NCBI RefSeq assembly: GCF_004010195.1
Contig: NC_057720.1
Coordinates: forward strand, 27,527,899-27,591,898
Length of the DNA stretch: 64,000 bases
Direction of reading: 5' to 3'
Source of the DNA: Chiloscyllium plagiosum
Lineage: Eukaryota
Below are positions 63,917-64,000 of this stretch, one piece after another. The notes below the pieces were generated by a model, which ran no database searches, had not been told where the DNA came from, and saw only the letters and a list, made by a program, of their open reading frames with translations. Within the stretch, counting starts at the first letter, position 1. Each line of letters starts with the position of its first letter. Both the position numbers and the translations under genes were made by a program.

Positions 63917-64000
63917 TAGACAGCTGAAGGCTGCTAGTTGTGAAGTTATAAATGGGGTGCACAAGAGGCTATATTTAGAGGAATTGAAAGCAGTACATTT

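Noticed and set aside
1..64000. CRISPR arrays, operons or prokaryotic systems
   Set aside because: No regularly spaced repeat-spacer array; the sequence is a spliced vertebrate gene.

Overview
Vertebrate nuclear DNA, most likely a shark or other elasmobranch (inferred from HE1-type tRNA-derived SINEs and abundant CR1, L2 and Penelope repeats). The whole window is the interior of one + strand gene, a LAR-family receptor tyrosine phosphatase best matching PTPRF. I can assemble 13 frame-compatible GT-AG exons, running from fibronectin-III repeat 5 through the furin site, transmembrane helix and juxtamembrane region to the start of the D1 phosphatase region. Three are frame-neutral microexons missed by the ORF track: 27 nt (WESEDTQEY, meC/LASE-c-like), 12 nt (SKQE) and 33 nt (GPSVPSCPNNS, meD/LASE-d-like). 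The introns are dense with retroelements. The most notable non-genic signal is a set of short, often palindromic, TSD-flanked elements carrying minimal hammerhead-ribozyme cores, alongside Penelope-like relics with the same cores. Also notable are an old duplication of the 12-nt microexon neighbourhood and a double LINE insertion at one site of a solo LTR. All calls were made by eye. Repeat boundaries are approximate and family names need a database check.
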